From the NCBI GenBank assembly GCA_965649825.1, contig OZ287694.1, positions 867,197 to 931,196 on the forward strand: DNA of 64,000 nt, read 5' to 3'. Below, piece after piece: positions 1-12,100 of this stretch; positions within the stretch are counted from its first letter, which is position 1; each line of letters opens with the position of its first letter. The notes under the pieces were generated by a model, which did no database searches, had not been told where the DNA came from, and saw only the letters and a program-made list of their open reading frames with translations. Both the position numbers and the translations under genes were made by a program. The stretch is from Penicillus capitatus. Its lineage: Eukaryota > Plantae > Chlorophyta.

Positions 1-219
1 CTTTGGCAGGCAGTGGAAGAGTGACCATATGTGGCAGATTCTTGGCAAAGGGGTCTTTCATTGGATTCCATTGGCGATACTGGTCATTGCCGCGAGCCAT
101 CTCCACAGAAGGCGGCACGTATTTCTCACCAGTATCAGACACCAAAGCAGGCGACACGCCAATGGACACCTTCCTCCTCCTTGATCACACAAACGCACCA
201 TAAAGATGTTTGATACGTA

Positions 220-2351
220 TCACGAAGCTTGCCTCTGCTTTTCGGTTATAACATTCCTGTACGATTTTGTCTGCCGATTGCGGCGATGGACTTTCAACGA
301 TTCCACGATCTTGGGCAATCGAAAGAACTTCGCCTCGTCCAACAGCATTCCGAACTCATACTTGTCTTCGGGCAAATTCACATCTCTGCAATGGTGTCTT
401 CATAGAATGACTAAGCATTGCGTACAGACTTACTGCAGATTCGAGTATTTCACGTCTCTCAGGAGATCGAGTATCAAAGCGAAGATATTTGGATCGCGAT
501 TCAATACAAACTCCAAATCTCCCACTTTCCTAAGTTCTTTGCCTGGACCCTGGCCCAGCTTGGTTCGACGCCTTTTCTCTTTGTTTTGCTTCTCTGGATG
601 CAGCATCATGCAGAAATAGGAATCTGGAATGACTTCCAGTGTGCTCTTCGCCGTCACGAATGTCCGTCCGGAGACGTGAATGGTGACAGCGTCTGACGAC
701 AAAACCATCTTGGAAGGCTGAGGTGGCGACAGATCTGCCTCCATCTCATACGCCAGCTCCGGCTCCACAGCATCAAGCCGTGCCAAGAGTGACTCATGAT
801 TGAGTCTCTTTGCCAGCTCTCTTGCAGTCTCCCCCTCACTGTTCTTCAGTTCCGCATCTTGTTTTGCCGTAAGTAGGGCCGACATGGCGCGTTCTTGTGC
901 CCATCGTATGGCGGTGTGCACAGGCGCCTCGCCATCATGATTCAGAATCTTACGATCGGCACCGTACTCTACAAGCTGTCCACATAACTCAGAATGTCCA
1001 CACGATGCACTCCAGTGCAGTGGAGTATTCCCTTGCTAAACACACACATCACCCTTTTCGCAATAGATGTATATTTTTACAAAGTCTTGGAGATTAATGT
1101 CCGCCTCCGTTTCCTTTAAGACGGGCGCCATTTGTCGAGTGTTCCGAAAACTTATATAGTGCCAAGCATTCCAACCATCCTACACGCACTGTCGACCATC
1201 GATCAAAGGCAGAGGGAGATAATGATCCGAGCCTTGTCGCGAACAGTGGCATCTGCTCCGGCATCCAACAGAAGGCTTGCCACTTTGTCATGGCTCCCTG
1301 CCAAGGCCAACAACAAGGCCGTCCGATCCATCTAAAACCAAAAAATGACTCCAAATCTCCCTGGCAATTTTCTCAACAAACAGCTTGGCTTGCTCTCACC
1401 TTGTCTTTGAGATCGAGGTTTGCCTTAGCCGCGATTAAGAGCTGCGTCACCATAAAGTTCCCATTTCGTGCCGCCGTCATCAGAGGACTCGTTTTCTCCT
1501 AGAGAATACGTGTGAGATGTGTGAGACGATGATGTGACGTACGTAGTCAAGGATATCGATCTTTGGATCCTTCATCAAGAAAAGCTTCACCATTGCATGA
1601 CGTCCTCGATCACATGCGTAATGCAATGGCGTCCACAGACTGCTATCAAACTTCGTGCAATCCGCTCCTTCGTCCAGCAAGTCCGCCGCCAAGAAATGAT
1701 TCCCCTCGCGTGCGAAGCGGCACAGCGATTTGACTAACTGATGCATTGCTTTCGGAATCTCTGCCAACAACGCATACACAAAGCCATCATGACGGACTGG
1801 GCACACGCACTGCTTCGAGGTCGAGGTTTTATGGGCGTGTAGATATATTCCTTTTCATCAAAGTACTTCTCATCATCCAGATCTCCGGGATCCATGGTCT
1901 CCCAAAACGGTCGGTGTTTTGTAGCGGGTCGCAGCGCCTCGACACCGTACCGGGAGATGAATTCATCCCTGGTGTCAGAGGACTCACGAAAAGACCGTCC
2001 ATAGTTCTTCTCCGTCCCTCGGCGACGCCAACCTCCCAAGCCGTGTGCCTTGTCTGCGGGATCATCCTCTTCTTTAAGCTTCGGATAGAAACGTCGACGG
2101 TAATAGTCCTCGTCGGGATCCTCATGGAGATACGGATATTTCGGTGGTTGTTTGTCCACCTCTTCGGGTTGACGAAACCGTTTTGCGTCAAAGACCACGC
2201 GTTTCTTTTTCTTCACGACCCCCAGCCCTTTGACCGATTCTTTGCGCTCTTTGGGTTTTGGCTGAGCGTCGGAGGTGGTCGAGAGAAACGAGAGTTGAGG
2301 AAGGACCTCTTGAACATGACGTTTCTGACGGAGGGCAAACCTTCGGAACAT
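220..2351 (-). CDS. Ankyrin-repeat + KCTD-type BTB/POZ (T1) domain protein with long N-terminal extension, multi-exon
   Basis: Exon 1 (2351-1811) splices via a 50-nt GT-AG intron (1810-1761) into the ANK frame. ANK repeats: WTPLHYACDRGRHAMVKLFL, SPLMTAARNGN, GADATVRDKDGWNAWH. BTB core: VTIHVSGRTFVTAKSTL...NRDPNIFALILDLLR...LLDEAKFFRL. Stop TGA at 220-222. Confidence 0.75.
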
Positions 2352-2675
2352 GAGTCACGGCAGCGCGATGTCGACGTTCGCTAGCCGGGAGGGCGACAAA
2401 GCTCCGTCTCGGAGATATTCCCGTACGTTCAGGCGAGGCATGGCGTGAAGGCACCACAGTTTGTGTGTTCGGTCCATTTCATGACGTCACGTGATTCCTC
2501 ACCCCGCGTAAAACGATTGGCTTAATTCTAACTCTTTTTTAAGACCAGCATGGCATCGAGCGGATAAAGGAACCTTCCGCATAGCGACGACACAAAATCC
2601 GTCGCAGCACTTGGCATAGCTATTTATCCTTTCTATCTACTCGTCCATCCACCCACGACTACGGACTGCTTAGGG

Positions 2676-3126
2676 ATGCAACCTCTTCCGCAAGTATGTC
2701 CGCCTTCGTCCTCTCTTCTGGTTCTATAATTTTTTTGTCTAACAGGAACGACATATCGAACTCGCTCCGCGAATTGAAATCGGCCGACCCGCTGTTGTTG
2801 TGACGCGGCCCGTTGGCTTTGTAGAAAACGGCGTTGTTACACCAACACATGTAGTGGTGGTGAAACCTCCTCCGCCTCCACCTCCTCCACAGAGACCGAG
2901 AGCGGCCACCTTTGTTCAGCCTACTGGCTACTCTTCTGGCGATTATTGTAACGTTTACTGGCTGCTGCTTCTGTTTGGTACTTTTGCCTGTCCTCCGCTG
3001 TGGCTCTTTGGCGTCCTTGGTCTGTGCTCGGAGCTGCCGGGAGAGAGATTAGCCGGTTTAGCAAACCTCGCAGCCGTCTTATTATTTTCGCTGTTCGTCT
3101 TCTTTGTCATTCTGTTTGTTGGATAG
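2676..3126 (+). CDS. Small Pro-rich membrane protein with C-terminal Cys/hydrophobic hairpin (paralog of 11741-12100)
   Basis: Model join(2676..2693,2746..3126) with a 52-nt GT-AG intron. Motif CxxYWLLLLFGTFACPPLWLFGVLGLCSELPGERLAGL. TGTAA at 3172-3176. Confidence 0.6.
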
Positions 3127-4073
3127 CGAACCGCACAGTGGTGTATACACGACCGTTTTTGGAAACACTGATGTAAGAATGCGTTGCTTCGTCCGTCACG
3201 GGTGCGCTCGCAAAACACGGGTTTCTTCAGGTCATCGTGGAAATGTGGCCGTGTACAGACGGCGCGGACAGTTTTTGACAAGAGTTGAGCCGTCTGGCCT
3301 CGTTTACCCTCTGTCTATGTCTCTGGAGATATAACATAATTGTTCACAGCTGTCCTCTCGCATCATCCTCCGATGGTACGGCATTGGCCAGTTATCATAA
3401 AATCTCGTTGAAAGGGAAACTGCGGTTTCGTTCGAACGGTGCGCCCTGTGCGATTACGATCGACGAAAACGACGTCGGCGGTGCTCGGTGTTTTTCTTAG
3501 ACGTGTTTCGCCCTGGCAAAGACGCGCTAAGGCGTATCGACTAGGCCCGGCGTAAAAAACAGTCAGGCACTCATATTCACATCGCTTCAGACGACGCAAA
3601 AGGAAAAATCGCTGAAAGTAAGAGAACAACAAATTCGACGCCGCACCGCCGTGGCGTTACAGGGCAAAAGGCCATTTTCGATCCACAATCCCTGTCTCCG
3701 TATGCGTTTCGCTTGTCTGTAAAGAAAGAGGTCGACGAAAAGAACACGCCTCGTCAAACGCGAACGGGCGCCGAAACAACGAGGAGTGTACTCGACGGAG
3801 ACACATCCACAAACGTTGCACCGTGTTGCGCGCGACTATCATGATTACTGAACGGGCTCACTCCATCTGTACGGCTCCTCCTCTTTCAGCCTCTCATTAT
3901 GCAGTCCATAACAATACACGCAATGTACCTCATTGCTCTGCCTGATTTCAGTAGGGAGCTCCTATAGAGAAATAGACCATCGCTCTTAACGCAACGCTTC
4001 GCTCTCGCAATCTCCTTTTAAATGCAAGCACCGTGTCTAAAGGGTTAGTTTTATGACGATGACTGAAGTTCTC

Positions 4074-4078
4074 TTACA
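4074..4078 (-). promoter_or_regulatory. Chlorophyte-type TGTAA polyadenylation signal of HSP90
   Basis: TGTAA on the minus strand ~57 nt after the HSP90 stop. The same signal follows other genes (3172, 11483, 11565, 12619, 50241). Confidence 0.5.
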
Positions 4079-4134
4079 CAAGACAAATGCCTTCAAAGAC
4101 GCTTTCATCATTGGCGGCATCTGTTTGTCTTTCT

Positions 4135-4468
4135 TTAGTCGACCTCTTCCATTCGAGATCCCTCATCTTCGCCTCCCGCTTCTTCCAGCTCTGGCAAGTC
4201 TTCATCCATCAGAGCGTCGTCATCGTCAATCGACAGGCCTAGTTTGATCATTCGATGAATTCGGCTGCCGAAAGTATTGGGCTCTTCCAAACTGAAGCCC
4301 GATGTCAGCAACGACGTTTCGAAGCACAGCAGCACCAAATCCTTCACCGTCTTATCATTCTTATCCGCTTCCGCACGTTTACGTAACTCCACAATGATGG
4401 CATTTTCAGGATTGATCTCCAATGTCTTTTTGGAAGACATATAAGACGACATAGAAGAATCTCGAAGC

Positions 4469-4500
<32 letters not shown>

Positions 4501-6333
4501 CGACCATCCGTATTCGCCCGTGACCAACACACAAGGCGAATCGACAATGCGTTCGGATACCACGACCTTCTCCACCTTGTCTCCCAAGATGTCCTTGATC
4601 ACCGTACAGAGATTCTCAAACTTCGCCTTCAGTTCTTCTTTCTTCTTTTTCTCCTCTTCATCTTCTTCTAACTCCAATCCCTCCTTCGTCACCGACACCA
4701 GTTTCTTCCCATCGTATTCTTTCAGCTGCTGAACGGCGTATTCGTCAATGGGGTCCACCATGAACAATACCTCGAATCCACGCTTGCGCAGCTTCTCGAG
4801 GAAGGGCGAATTCTCGACAGCTTTGCGGCTCTCGCCTGTGATATAGTAGATCGACTGCTGCGATTCCTTCATACGTGTGGTGTAGTCTTTGAGACTTGTC
4901 ATCTCGTCGCCTGACTTTGTCGAGTGATACCTCAGCAGCTCTGCGAGTTTTGCCCGATTCTGCGTGTCTTCGTGGATACCCAGTTTGAGATTCTTGCTGA
5001 ATGCCTCGTAGAATTTTTCGTAGTCCTCTTTGTTCTCGGCAATCTCATTGAACATCTCGATGCATTTCTTCACGATGTTCTTCTTGACGACCTTCAAAAT
5101 CTTGTTCTGCTGCAGATTCTCTCTCGAAATGTTCAGCGGCAGATCTTCCGAATCCACAATGCCTTTCACGAAGCCCAGCCACTCGGGAATGATCTCTTCA
5201 CAGTTGTCCATGATAAACACGCGCCGCACATAGAGCTTGATGTTGTTGAGCTTCTTCCGCGTATCGAACAAATCGAACGGGGCACGACGCGGTGTGAAGA
5301 GCACCGATTTGAATTCTAACTGACCCTCCACCGAAAAATGCTTCACGGCCAAGTGATCTTCCCAATCGTTCGTAATCGACTTGTAGAAAGCGGCGTACTC
5401 CTCTTTCGTGATCTCCTCCGGGGAACGCATCCAAATCGGCTTCTGTTTGTTGATCAAGTTCCATTCGTGATGCACCTCTTTCACCTACAGCCGCCAAAAA
5501 GATCAATCTGAGCGTCTCACACTTTTGGAAGGAGATCTCACTTTTTTCTTTTTCTTCTCTTTTGGCTCGGTCTCTGTCACTTCTTCGATTTTGCCTTCCT
5601 CCTCTTCCTCCTCCTCTTTCTTTTCGACATCCATCTCTTCGGCCTCATCGTCCGAGACCTCCTTCTCCGTTGTCTTTTCAACCCATTGCGAGATCGGATA
5701 AGAGATGAATTCGCTGTGTTTTTTGACAAGGTCCTTAAGGCGTCTCTCTTCGAGGTACTCCAACTGATCCTCTTTCAAATGCAGCACGATTCTGGTCCCA
5801 CGGCCCAGACGTTCCGTTTTCGTGTCATGGCATACGGTGAAGGACCCGCCCGCTTGCGACTCCCAGATATACTGCTCATCATCATTGTGCTTCGTAATGA
5901 CGGTGACCTTCTCTGCCACCAGATAGGCAGAATAGAACCCCACACCAAACTGTCCAATCATCGATACATCGGCACCGGCCGTCAGCGCCTCCATGAAAGC
6001 ACGCGTCCCCGAACGCGCAATGGTTCCCAAGTTGTTAATGAGATCCGCCTTCGTCATGCCGATCCCCGAGTCAATAATCGACAGCGTCGACGTCGCTTTG
6101 TCCGGCACAAGGTGCACGAAAAGCTCCGGCTGCGCATCCAAGACGGTTTTGTCGGTCAACGACTGAAAGCGGATTTTGTCCAGCGCATCCGACGCATTCG
6201 ATATCAACTCGCGCAAGAAAATCTCTTTGTTGTGATAGAAGGTGTTGATAATCAGGGAGAGGAGTTGATTGATTTCGGCCTGAAAGGCAAAGGTCTCCAC
6301 CTCTGCCTCGGAGGAGGAAGCTGCGTCGGCCAT
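4135..6333 (-). CDS. HSP90: Cytosolic heat shock protein 90
   Basis: join(5542..6333, 4135..5484) with a 57-nt GT-AG intron at 5485-5541. Contains [21 protein letters not shown] and [12 protein letters not shown], and ends MEEVD-TAA. Confidence 0.98.
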
Positions 6334-6491
6334 TTTGCAAGGGACAAGGTTCGCTCCCTATACATGCGAACGAACATACATTCAGTATAGTGGATCGAAG
6401 TGGGGAGAGAGACGGACTTGGGAATGGAGGATGAGTCGAGGCGGCTGCTCGAAACGCAAAAGCAAAGACGAAAACTGCAGACCGGTCGGGA

Positions 6492-6535
6492 ATTAATAGA
6501 TGCATCTGGAAGCTTCGCGTTTCCTCGGCGTTTCT
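6492..6535. promoter_or_regulatory. Possible heat-shock element plus TATA-like box in the short divergent HSP90/symporter intergenic region
   Basis: GAAgcTTC inverted nGAAn pair at 6509-6516, extra GAAA units nearby, and TATTAAT on the minus strand at 6492-6498. Only two perfectly spaced units. Confidence 0.3.
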
Positions 6536-6564
6536 GGAGGCATCGATGATGGGACGTGTGTCAG

Positions 6565-8857
6565 ATGACGGGATTGCAGACAGTCGATTGGGTCGTGACG
6601 GCAGCGTCGCTGCTCCTCGTCATTGGCGTGGCTCTCTTCACGAGTCTTCGAAAGCGAGGAGGAAGCGAAGATGCACCGACGATGTTTTTCTTGGCCGGCC
6701 GTCAAATGCCATGGTGGATATCTGCTGCCTCCCTCTTTGCATCCAACCTAGGCCTGTCACATCACCGTCCCTTTGATGCATATCGAATGCGAGGCATACA
6801 GGGACGGAGCATTTTGTGGGTCAGGCGGGTCTGGCGGCAACATCCGGAATGGCTGTGTCCATCTATGGTCCGATCGTTTTGTTTCGAAAGGCATCTGATG
6901 GTGTGGATGGTAGAATGGGGCGCGGCGTATCTGTTGGTGGCATTGGGATGGGTGTTTTCTCCCGTATATCTGAAAATGCGCCTCAAAACGATGCCGGAGT
7001 ATCTCGAGAGGCGATTTGATCACCGATGTCGTGCCTGGTTTGTGATGTTGACGATGGTGACGTACGTTGTGACGAAGATTGGAGCGAGTCTCTTCTCCGG
7101 AGCCGTGATTTTGGACGTCTTGGCAGATCTCAACATCTGGACATCGACGCCACTCATTCTCGTGGCCACCGCCATCTACACGGCCATTGGCGGCTTAACG
7201 GTAAAAGCGTGGATAGATAAAAACAGACAAAACGGGATGCGCTGTGTTAGGCAGTGATGTTCACAGATACATTCCAGACAGTGATTTTTACAGTAGGCGG
7301 TCTCATCGGCGCAGCGTATTCGTTGGATGTGGCGGGTGGCATGTCGGGACTCAAAGAGACCTTACGGGAACGTGATTTGGGTTGGTTCCTGCATACCGTG
7401 CACCCCATCGATGACAAAGACTTCCCGTGGCCGGCAATGTTCGTTGGGTTGACGTTCGGCGCGGCTCTCTTCTATTGGTGTGTCGATCAAGAGATGACAC
7501 AGAGAGTGCTCAGTGCAGCGAGCTTGGAGCATGCGCAGCTGGGATGCGTCATCGCAGGCTTTCTCAAAACGCTTCCCTTCTTAATCACCATTCTGCCTGG
7601 CATGGTTGCCCGTGTGCTGTATGAGAAGTGTCTGGCTTCCCAAGGGACAGAGTTTGCCGTGTGGTGTACCGAGGGAGCAGAAGACATGAGTGATGCCTCC
7701 GATTCGACCAAGGCCTATCCCTTGCTCATTCTTCGAGAGTTTCCTGCGGGGATCAAGGGAGTGATGGTGACATCGTTTCTTGCCGCTATGATGTCATCTC
7801 TCTCCTCTGTCTTCAACTCAGCATCGACCATCTTTACCTATGACGTCTATCTGCGATTCATGCACCCACATGGTTGCATTTCTCTCTTGCGATGAAAGCG
7901 AGAGTGGACGGATCTTAGGTGATGTGACAGCTGGACGGTTAGTCCTCGTCGGAAGGGTGACCACCATGGTACTCACTGTCTTTTCGCTTCTCTGGTTGCC
8001 CATCATCCAGTCTTCCAACGATGGTCACACATTTCTGGCGGATCTGATGTGACAAGCGGGATGGTGCAGGAGTGTACCTTGTGACGCAGACGGCGACCTC
8101 CCATGTCGTCGGACCCATATCTGCCGTTTTTGTTATGGCCTTGTTCTGGCCACGCGCAAACGCAGCAGGAGCCTTTACATCTTTAGTGTTGGGATCCTGC
8201 ATCTCTATCCTCAGGCAAGGCACTAATCGTATAAGCTCCATGAGCCATCCCTCTCTCTGTACAGGTTGATCTTGACGCTTCTGTTAGAAGATTACTGTGA
8301 CGACTTCACAAGAGACGAAGGAGGCAGAAGCATCCTGGTAGGCAATGATGGAAGATATGATTCGGCGTTGCTAATGCAGCTTGTGGTAGCAGAGGACGAC
8401 ATGGCGCAACTGGATATTCTGTATGAATTTCAATCACTTTGCCATACTGTTATTCGCCTTCTGTTGCCTCACCGTCGTGATAGTGAGCCTGATCTACGCT
8501 CCACCAGATCAAGAAGCTATTCAAGGTCTATCCACCATCGACGATGCCCCTTCTCATAGTCCATCTCATGTAGACTGCTTATTTGTGTGGCCTCGGTGGA
8601 TGGGTCACTTCTCCGGACGCCGTTCCGGTGACGAATCGCTAGAGGCAGGGAAGTCTCTAATCGATCCAGAAACGGAAACCAGCCTGGAACCGCACGATAC
8701 GCCGTCAATAACTCTCTCTTTTGCCGTCTTTGATACCAATGTTATGTTTTGCAGTGTGGGAGATACAAGAAGGAGGATTCAACATCCAGTAGTGGTACAT
8801 ATCATGGCCGTGATGCTTGTCATCGGCATAACCATCTTGATCGGTTTTTCAAATTAA
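6565..8857 (+). CDS. Sodium:solute symporter (SSS/SLC5 family), multi-exon
   Basis: FFLAGRQMPWW, SLFASNLGTEHFVGQAG, TMPEYLERRF, YTAIGGLTAVMFTDTFQ, YWCVDQEMTQRVLSA and AAMMSSLSSVFNSASTIFTYDVY are SLC5/SGLT-like motifs. Two inferred introns have GC donors (6752-6801, 8215-8264). Start codon approximate. Confidence 0.9.
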
Positions 8858-9014
8858 ACCCCGTGGAGTTCATGGTCGAAATTCCTTACTCCAATCACGC
8901 TTGAGCATACATCGTCTTGCGCTTGAGCAAACAGTCTCCCCCAGGAAAAAGATCATCTTCATAGAGGTCACTTATACACAGCAAGGCAACAAAAGGATGT
9001 GCATTCCGTGAACG

Positions 9015-10883
9015 TCAGGAAGCACGATCCAGATTCTGTGGGGGGTGATCGAGGTTCGATGAAATGCTTCGGGGTATGGAATAGACGGAATGTGTTCCGT
9101 ACGGAGGAGCGATCTTACGGAAGAAGGGCCGTCCTCTCTGAGCAGCGTTCTCGTTCATTTGCCTGTGAAGCCATTCGATCATGCCTTCGCTCTTCTTCAG
9201 CTGCGCAGCACCTTCTTCAACCCTCTTCATCATCTCCTCTTTCTCACTCTTTAGAGATCCATTCTCACTCTTTAGAGATTCGAGATGCTGCTCGAGAGAC
9301 ATATTCTCGTGCTCAGCTTCCTTGAGCTGTCGACCCTGTCGTGAAACGACATCCTCCTGGCGAGAGAGAATGGCTCGCAGATGACAGTGTTTCTCTTTGG
9401 CCAAATGCAGATCGCGTGCCATTTTCTGGATCACGAACTTAGCTTCTTTCAGTTCTTGCCCCTGAGCCGTTTCAGATTTCTCGTGAGACAAAGAGGTCGA
9501 TTTCAATTCGTCACAGAGCTTCTCTAAATGTTGCTTTGAGGCCTCTAAATCTGCAATTCTCTTCGTCTGCACCTCCACGATGCCTTCCACCGAACACACC
9601 TGTCTCGCAGGCCTCCTCGACGTTTCTCAAAAAGAGTGAGAGGGGAGACTTTTTCGTTGAGCGAACGCGTTTCAGATGCAGAAACATTGAGATCCAATGT
9701 CAGCTGCTGCTTCTCCGATGCAAGCTTCGTGTTTTCTTCTTGAGCTTCTCCGGAGATTTGACGAAGGTGCGAAATCTCTCCCTTCATCGTCGCTATCTGA
9801 TGATGCATTTCGGAGCACTCCACAAAGACGACACAAAAATCAAGACTTCTCACACATGCCTTTCGGTCACACCTTTTTATCGAGGTGGTATTTTTCGTCC
9901 CGGAGCTTCTGGTTTTCGGCATCGAGTTCCTGACAGCGATGCATGATGCGTTCCATCTGCGCTTCGAGCTTGCTCTCGGCTTCTCTCTTTTCTCTAGTTC
10001 CACCAATCGCAGTTTTTATCTCACTCTTATCACTCTTTGGAATCTCACTCGTTCAGTTGCGTCTTGAGAACTTCTCGTGTTTCCGCTATCTTTTCCTCTG
10101 AATCCAGATGCATCTTCTTCCGTTCGGCATTTGCCTCGAGGCGTGCCGTTTCGTACTTCTCTTTCAACTCCGACCACCTCTCCGCTTGTTCCCCCATTTC
10201 CTCCTTCCGTTTCTCACACAGCATCTATGCCAAGAACGCAATTTCATGTCACATCACAAAAAGAGTGAAATGACGTTGGATGCATGAAGCTGGGCTTTAA
10301 GTCCACGTGCCTCATTGGTGACCTCTCCCAATCGAAATGCCAGGAACGATTTAACGGCAGCATCGTTTCCCGGGCGAAACCTCAACGCAACATGCGGAAG
10401 CTTGTTAAAATCGTTTGTCTCAGTGATTTTGAGACATGATTCCTGTCCACTCGACAGCGTCAGCTCTGCCTGGAAGGCATCGTCTGCAGAATCGATGCAT
10501 TTCTCCAACAACATCATCAGCTTCGCCGGAAAGTGTGCAAAATCCACTAGGATCCCTTGTTCCGCTTTCAGGCGCTGAAAATCGTCTTCAGTCACTTCCA
10601 GTGTATGGAGAAAAAGCAAATCCGATTCTGTAGAGATGTGAATCCGCAAGATCTGTATGTGACGTGACAGCACGGCATAAAGAGTGAAAAGAGTGAGACA
10701 TGCCTGTAAATTGTGTTGGCTCTTCGCGACGCCGCGAAGAATTCGGACCGTAAATTGCTCGTGTACATCTTCGCGGTCCGAGGTCTTATAGACAAAGGGA
10801 ACATGTTTCCAGAAGAGAGTGGTGGCTGTCTGAACGTCGAAGCATTCCCACGAAACGAGGTTGGAATCGACGACGATCGACAT
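9015..10883 (-). CDS. SAS6: Centriolar cartwheel protein SAS-6 (Bld12-like)
   Basis: N-domain ILRIHISTESDLLFLHTLEVTEDDFQRLKAEQGILVDFAHFP...ETNDFNKLPHVALRFRPGNDAAVKSFLAFRLGEV closely matches Chlamydomonas Bld12/SAS-6, followed by long coiled-coil exons. 3' end approximate. Confidence 0.92.
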
Positions 10884-11173
10884 TGACGGATTGACGGAAA
10901 GGCGAAAAAGCGATCAATGCTCGGACCGTCTCCCTACCATCTAATGGATCCATCATTGACGGGAGTATTCCCGACTCTCCAATGCCGACACATATTCGAC
11001 GCACAGACGCGAAAGCATACTTCGGTAATTCCTTGTTATGTGTGCTCGGCTGACCCGCGGCGTTGCTCAGCGAACGAACGTACCTACCTTCACTGGCAGC
11101 ACATGTCCATAACGATTGGCAGTATAGCCGCTGCGATTTTGGGTATGTCCACTCGAGAGAGAGGGAGGGAGAA

Positions 11174-11440
11174 ATGCGGTTGGGTGTAGGGATATGGTCT
11201 CAGAATACGAAGAAAGAGGGATTTGTGTTCCATGCCATTCATATCCTGTGTCTGGTGGCATTGGCCATTGCCGTCATTCTCAATTTCTTGACACTGCGCA
11301 ATTTTGTGAAACGCAATCGTGGATTGGATCTCCAACTCGATCACTGCCATGACAGTCGCGCACCTGCCATCTTCGTTGCGTCGACGCTTGTCGTGGTCAT
11401 CGGTGTCATCTTCGTCGCTGCTATCCTTGATTATGAATAA
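11174..11440 (+). CDS. Small hypothetical protein with two hydrophobic segments
   Basis: 88-aa ORF with two TM-like stretches (HILCLVALAIAVILNFL; AIFVASTLVVVIGVIFVAAIL) and TGTAA at 11483-11487. No family recognised. Confidence 0.4.
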   Translation: MRLGVGIWSQNTKKEGFVFHAIHILCLVALAIAVILNFLTLRNFVKRNRGLDLQLDHCHDSRAPAIFVASTLVVVIGVIFVAAILDYE

Positions 11441-11740
11441 CACTGATTAACAGAGCCGCACCGATTCTCACACATTCCTCAATGTAATGCACCCATTCTG
11501 ATATCACTACCTCCCCTACATACTGGAACGACAGCGCAGAGATCGCGTTGCGTGTCATACAGTATTACAGGGGAAGCCCATCGTGTTTCTTTATTGTCCA
11601 TGCTGTCACATATCAGGCAAGTCCTTATGATACGTAAAAAGGCGCATGGTCTTAACAGTGTTGCACATCTTTGCTTAAGAAATCAAGAACGATCAAAAAG
11701 AGACTCTGCTTCAGATCAGGATCCAGTACAATAGTCTGAG

Positions 11741-12100
11741 TCAAGTATGCGTCATATACACGGCTGTCGTCAGTACCGTCAAAATGGTGACGACGATAAG
11801 ACTTGTCAGACCCGCACATCTGCCCTCAGGGCTGCAAGAGCACAGACCGAATACACCCACCAGAAGCAGAGGTGGAAACACGAAGCTGCCGAAGAAAAGG
11901 AATGTCCAACAAGGATGACAGTCATCCACATCCTCCGTCTTTCCCATCGGGGTGGCAGATGATAGACTCCGTCGCGATTCTGACTCCTCGATGGTTGGCA
12001 ACGCGTGCTGCGCGATGGGATATCCGACAGCGATGCCGTCTTCTCTTGGATACGTCACGTACACGAACTCTCCTTGCACGGATGCCGCAACGTCCTGCAT
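11741..12100 (-). CDS. Small membrane protein, paralog of 2676-3126
   Basis: CHPCWTFLFFGSFVFPPLLLVGVFGLCSCSPEGRCAGL aligns with the 2.7-3.1 kb gene. TGTAA (minus strand) at 11565-11569. Confidence 0.65.
   Translation of the reverse strand: MQDVAASVQGEFVYVTYPREDGIAVGYPIAQHALPTIEESESRRSLSSATPMGKTEDVDDCHPCWTFLFFGSFVFPPLLLVGVFGLCSCSPEGRCAGLTSLIVVTILTVLTTAVYMTHT

Noticed and set aside
3130-3850. Short overlapping ORFs between the small membrane gene and HSP90; similar case at 12164-12652
   Set aside because: No recognisable motif and no consistent spliced model could be built.
4135-4137. Non-canonical code (TAA/TAG = Gln) as in some ulvophytes
   Set aside because: HSP90 ends exactly at MEEVD-TAA, several other genes end at TAA/TAG, and long exons have no internal TAR codons.
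9241-9285. 21-22 bp near-duplication (ttctcactctttagagat)
   Set aside because: Lies in the SAS-6 coiled coil (SLKSENGSLKSE); ordinary heptad-level duplication.
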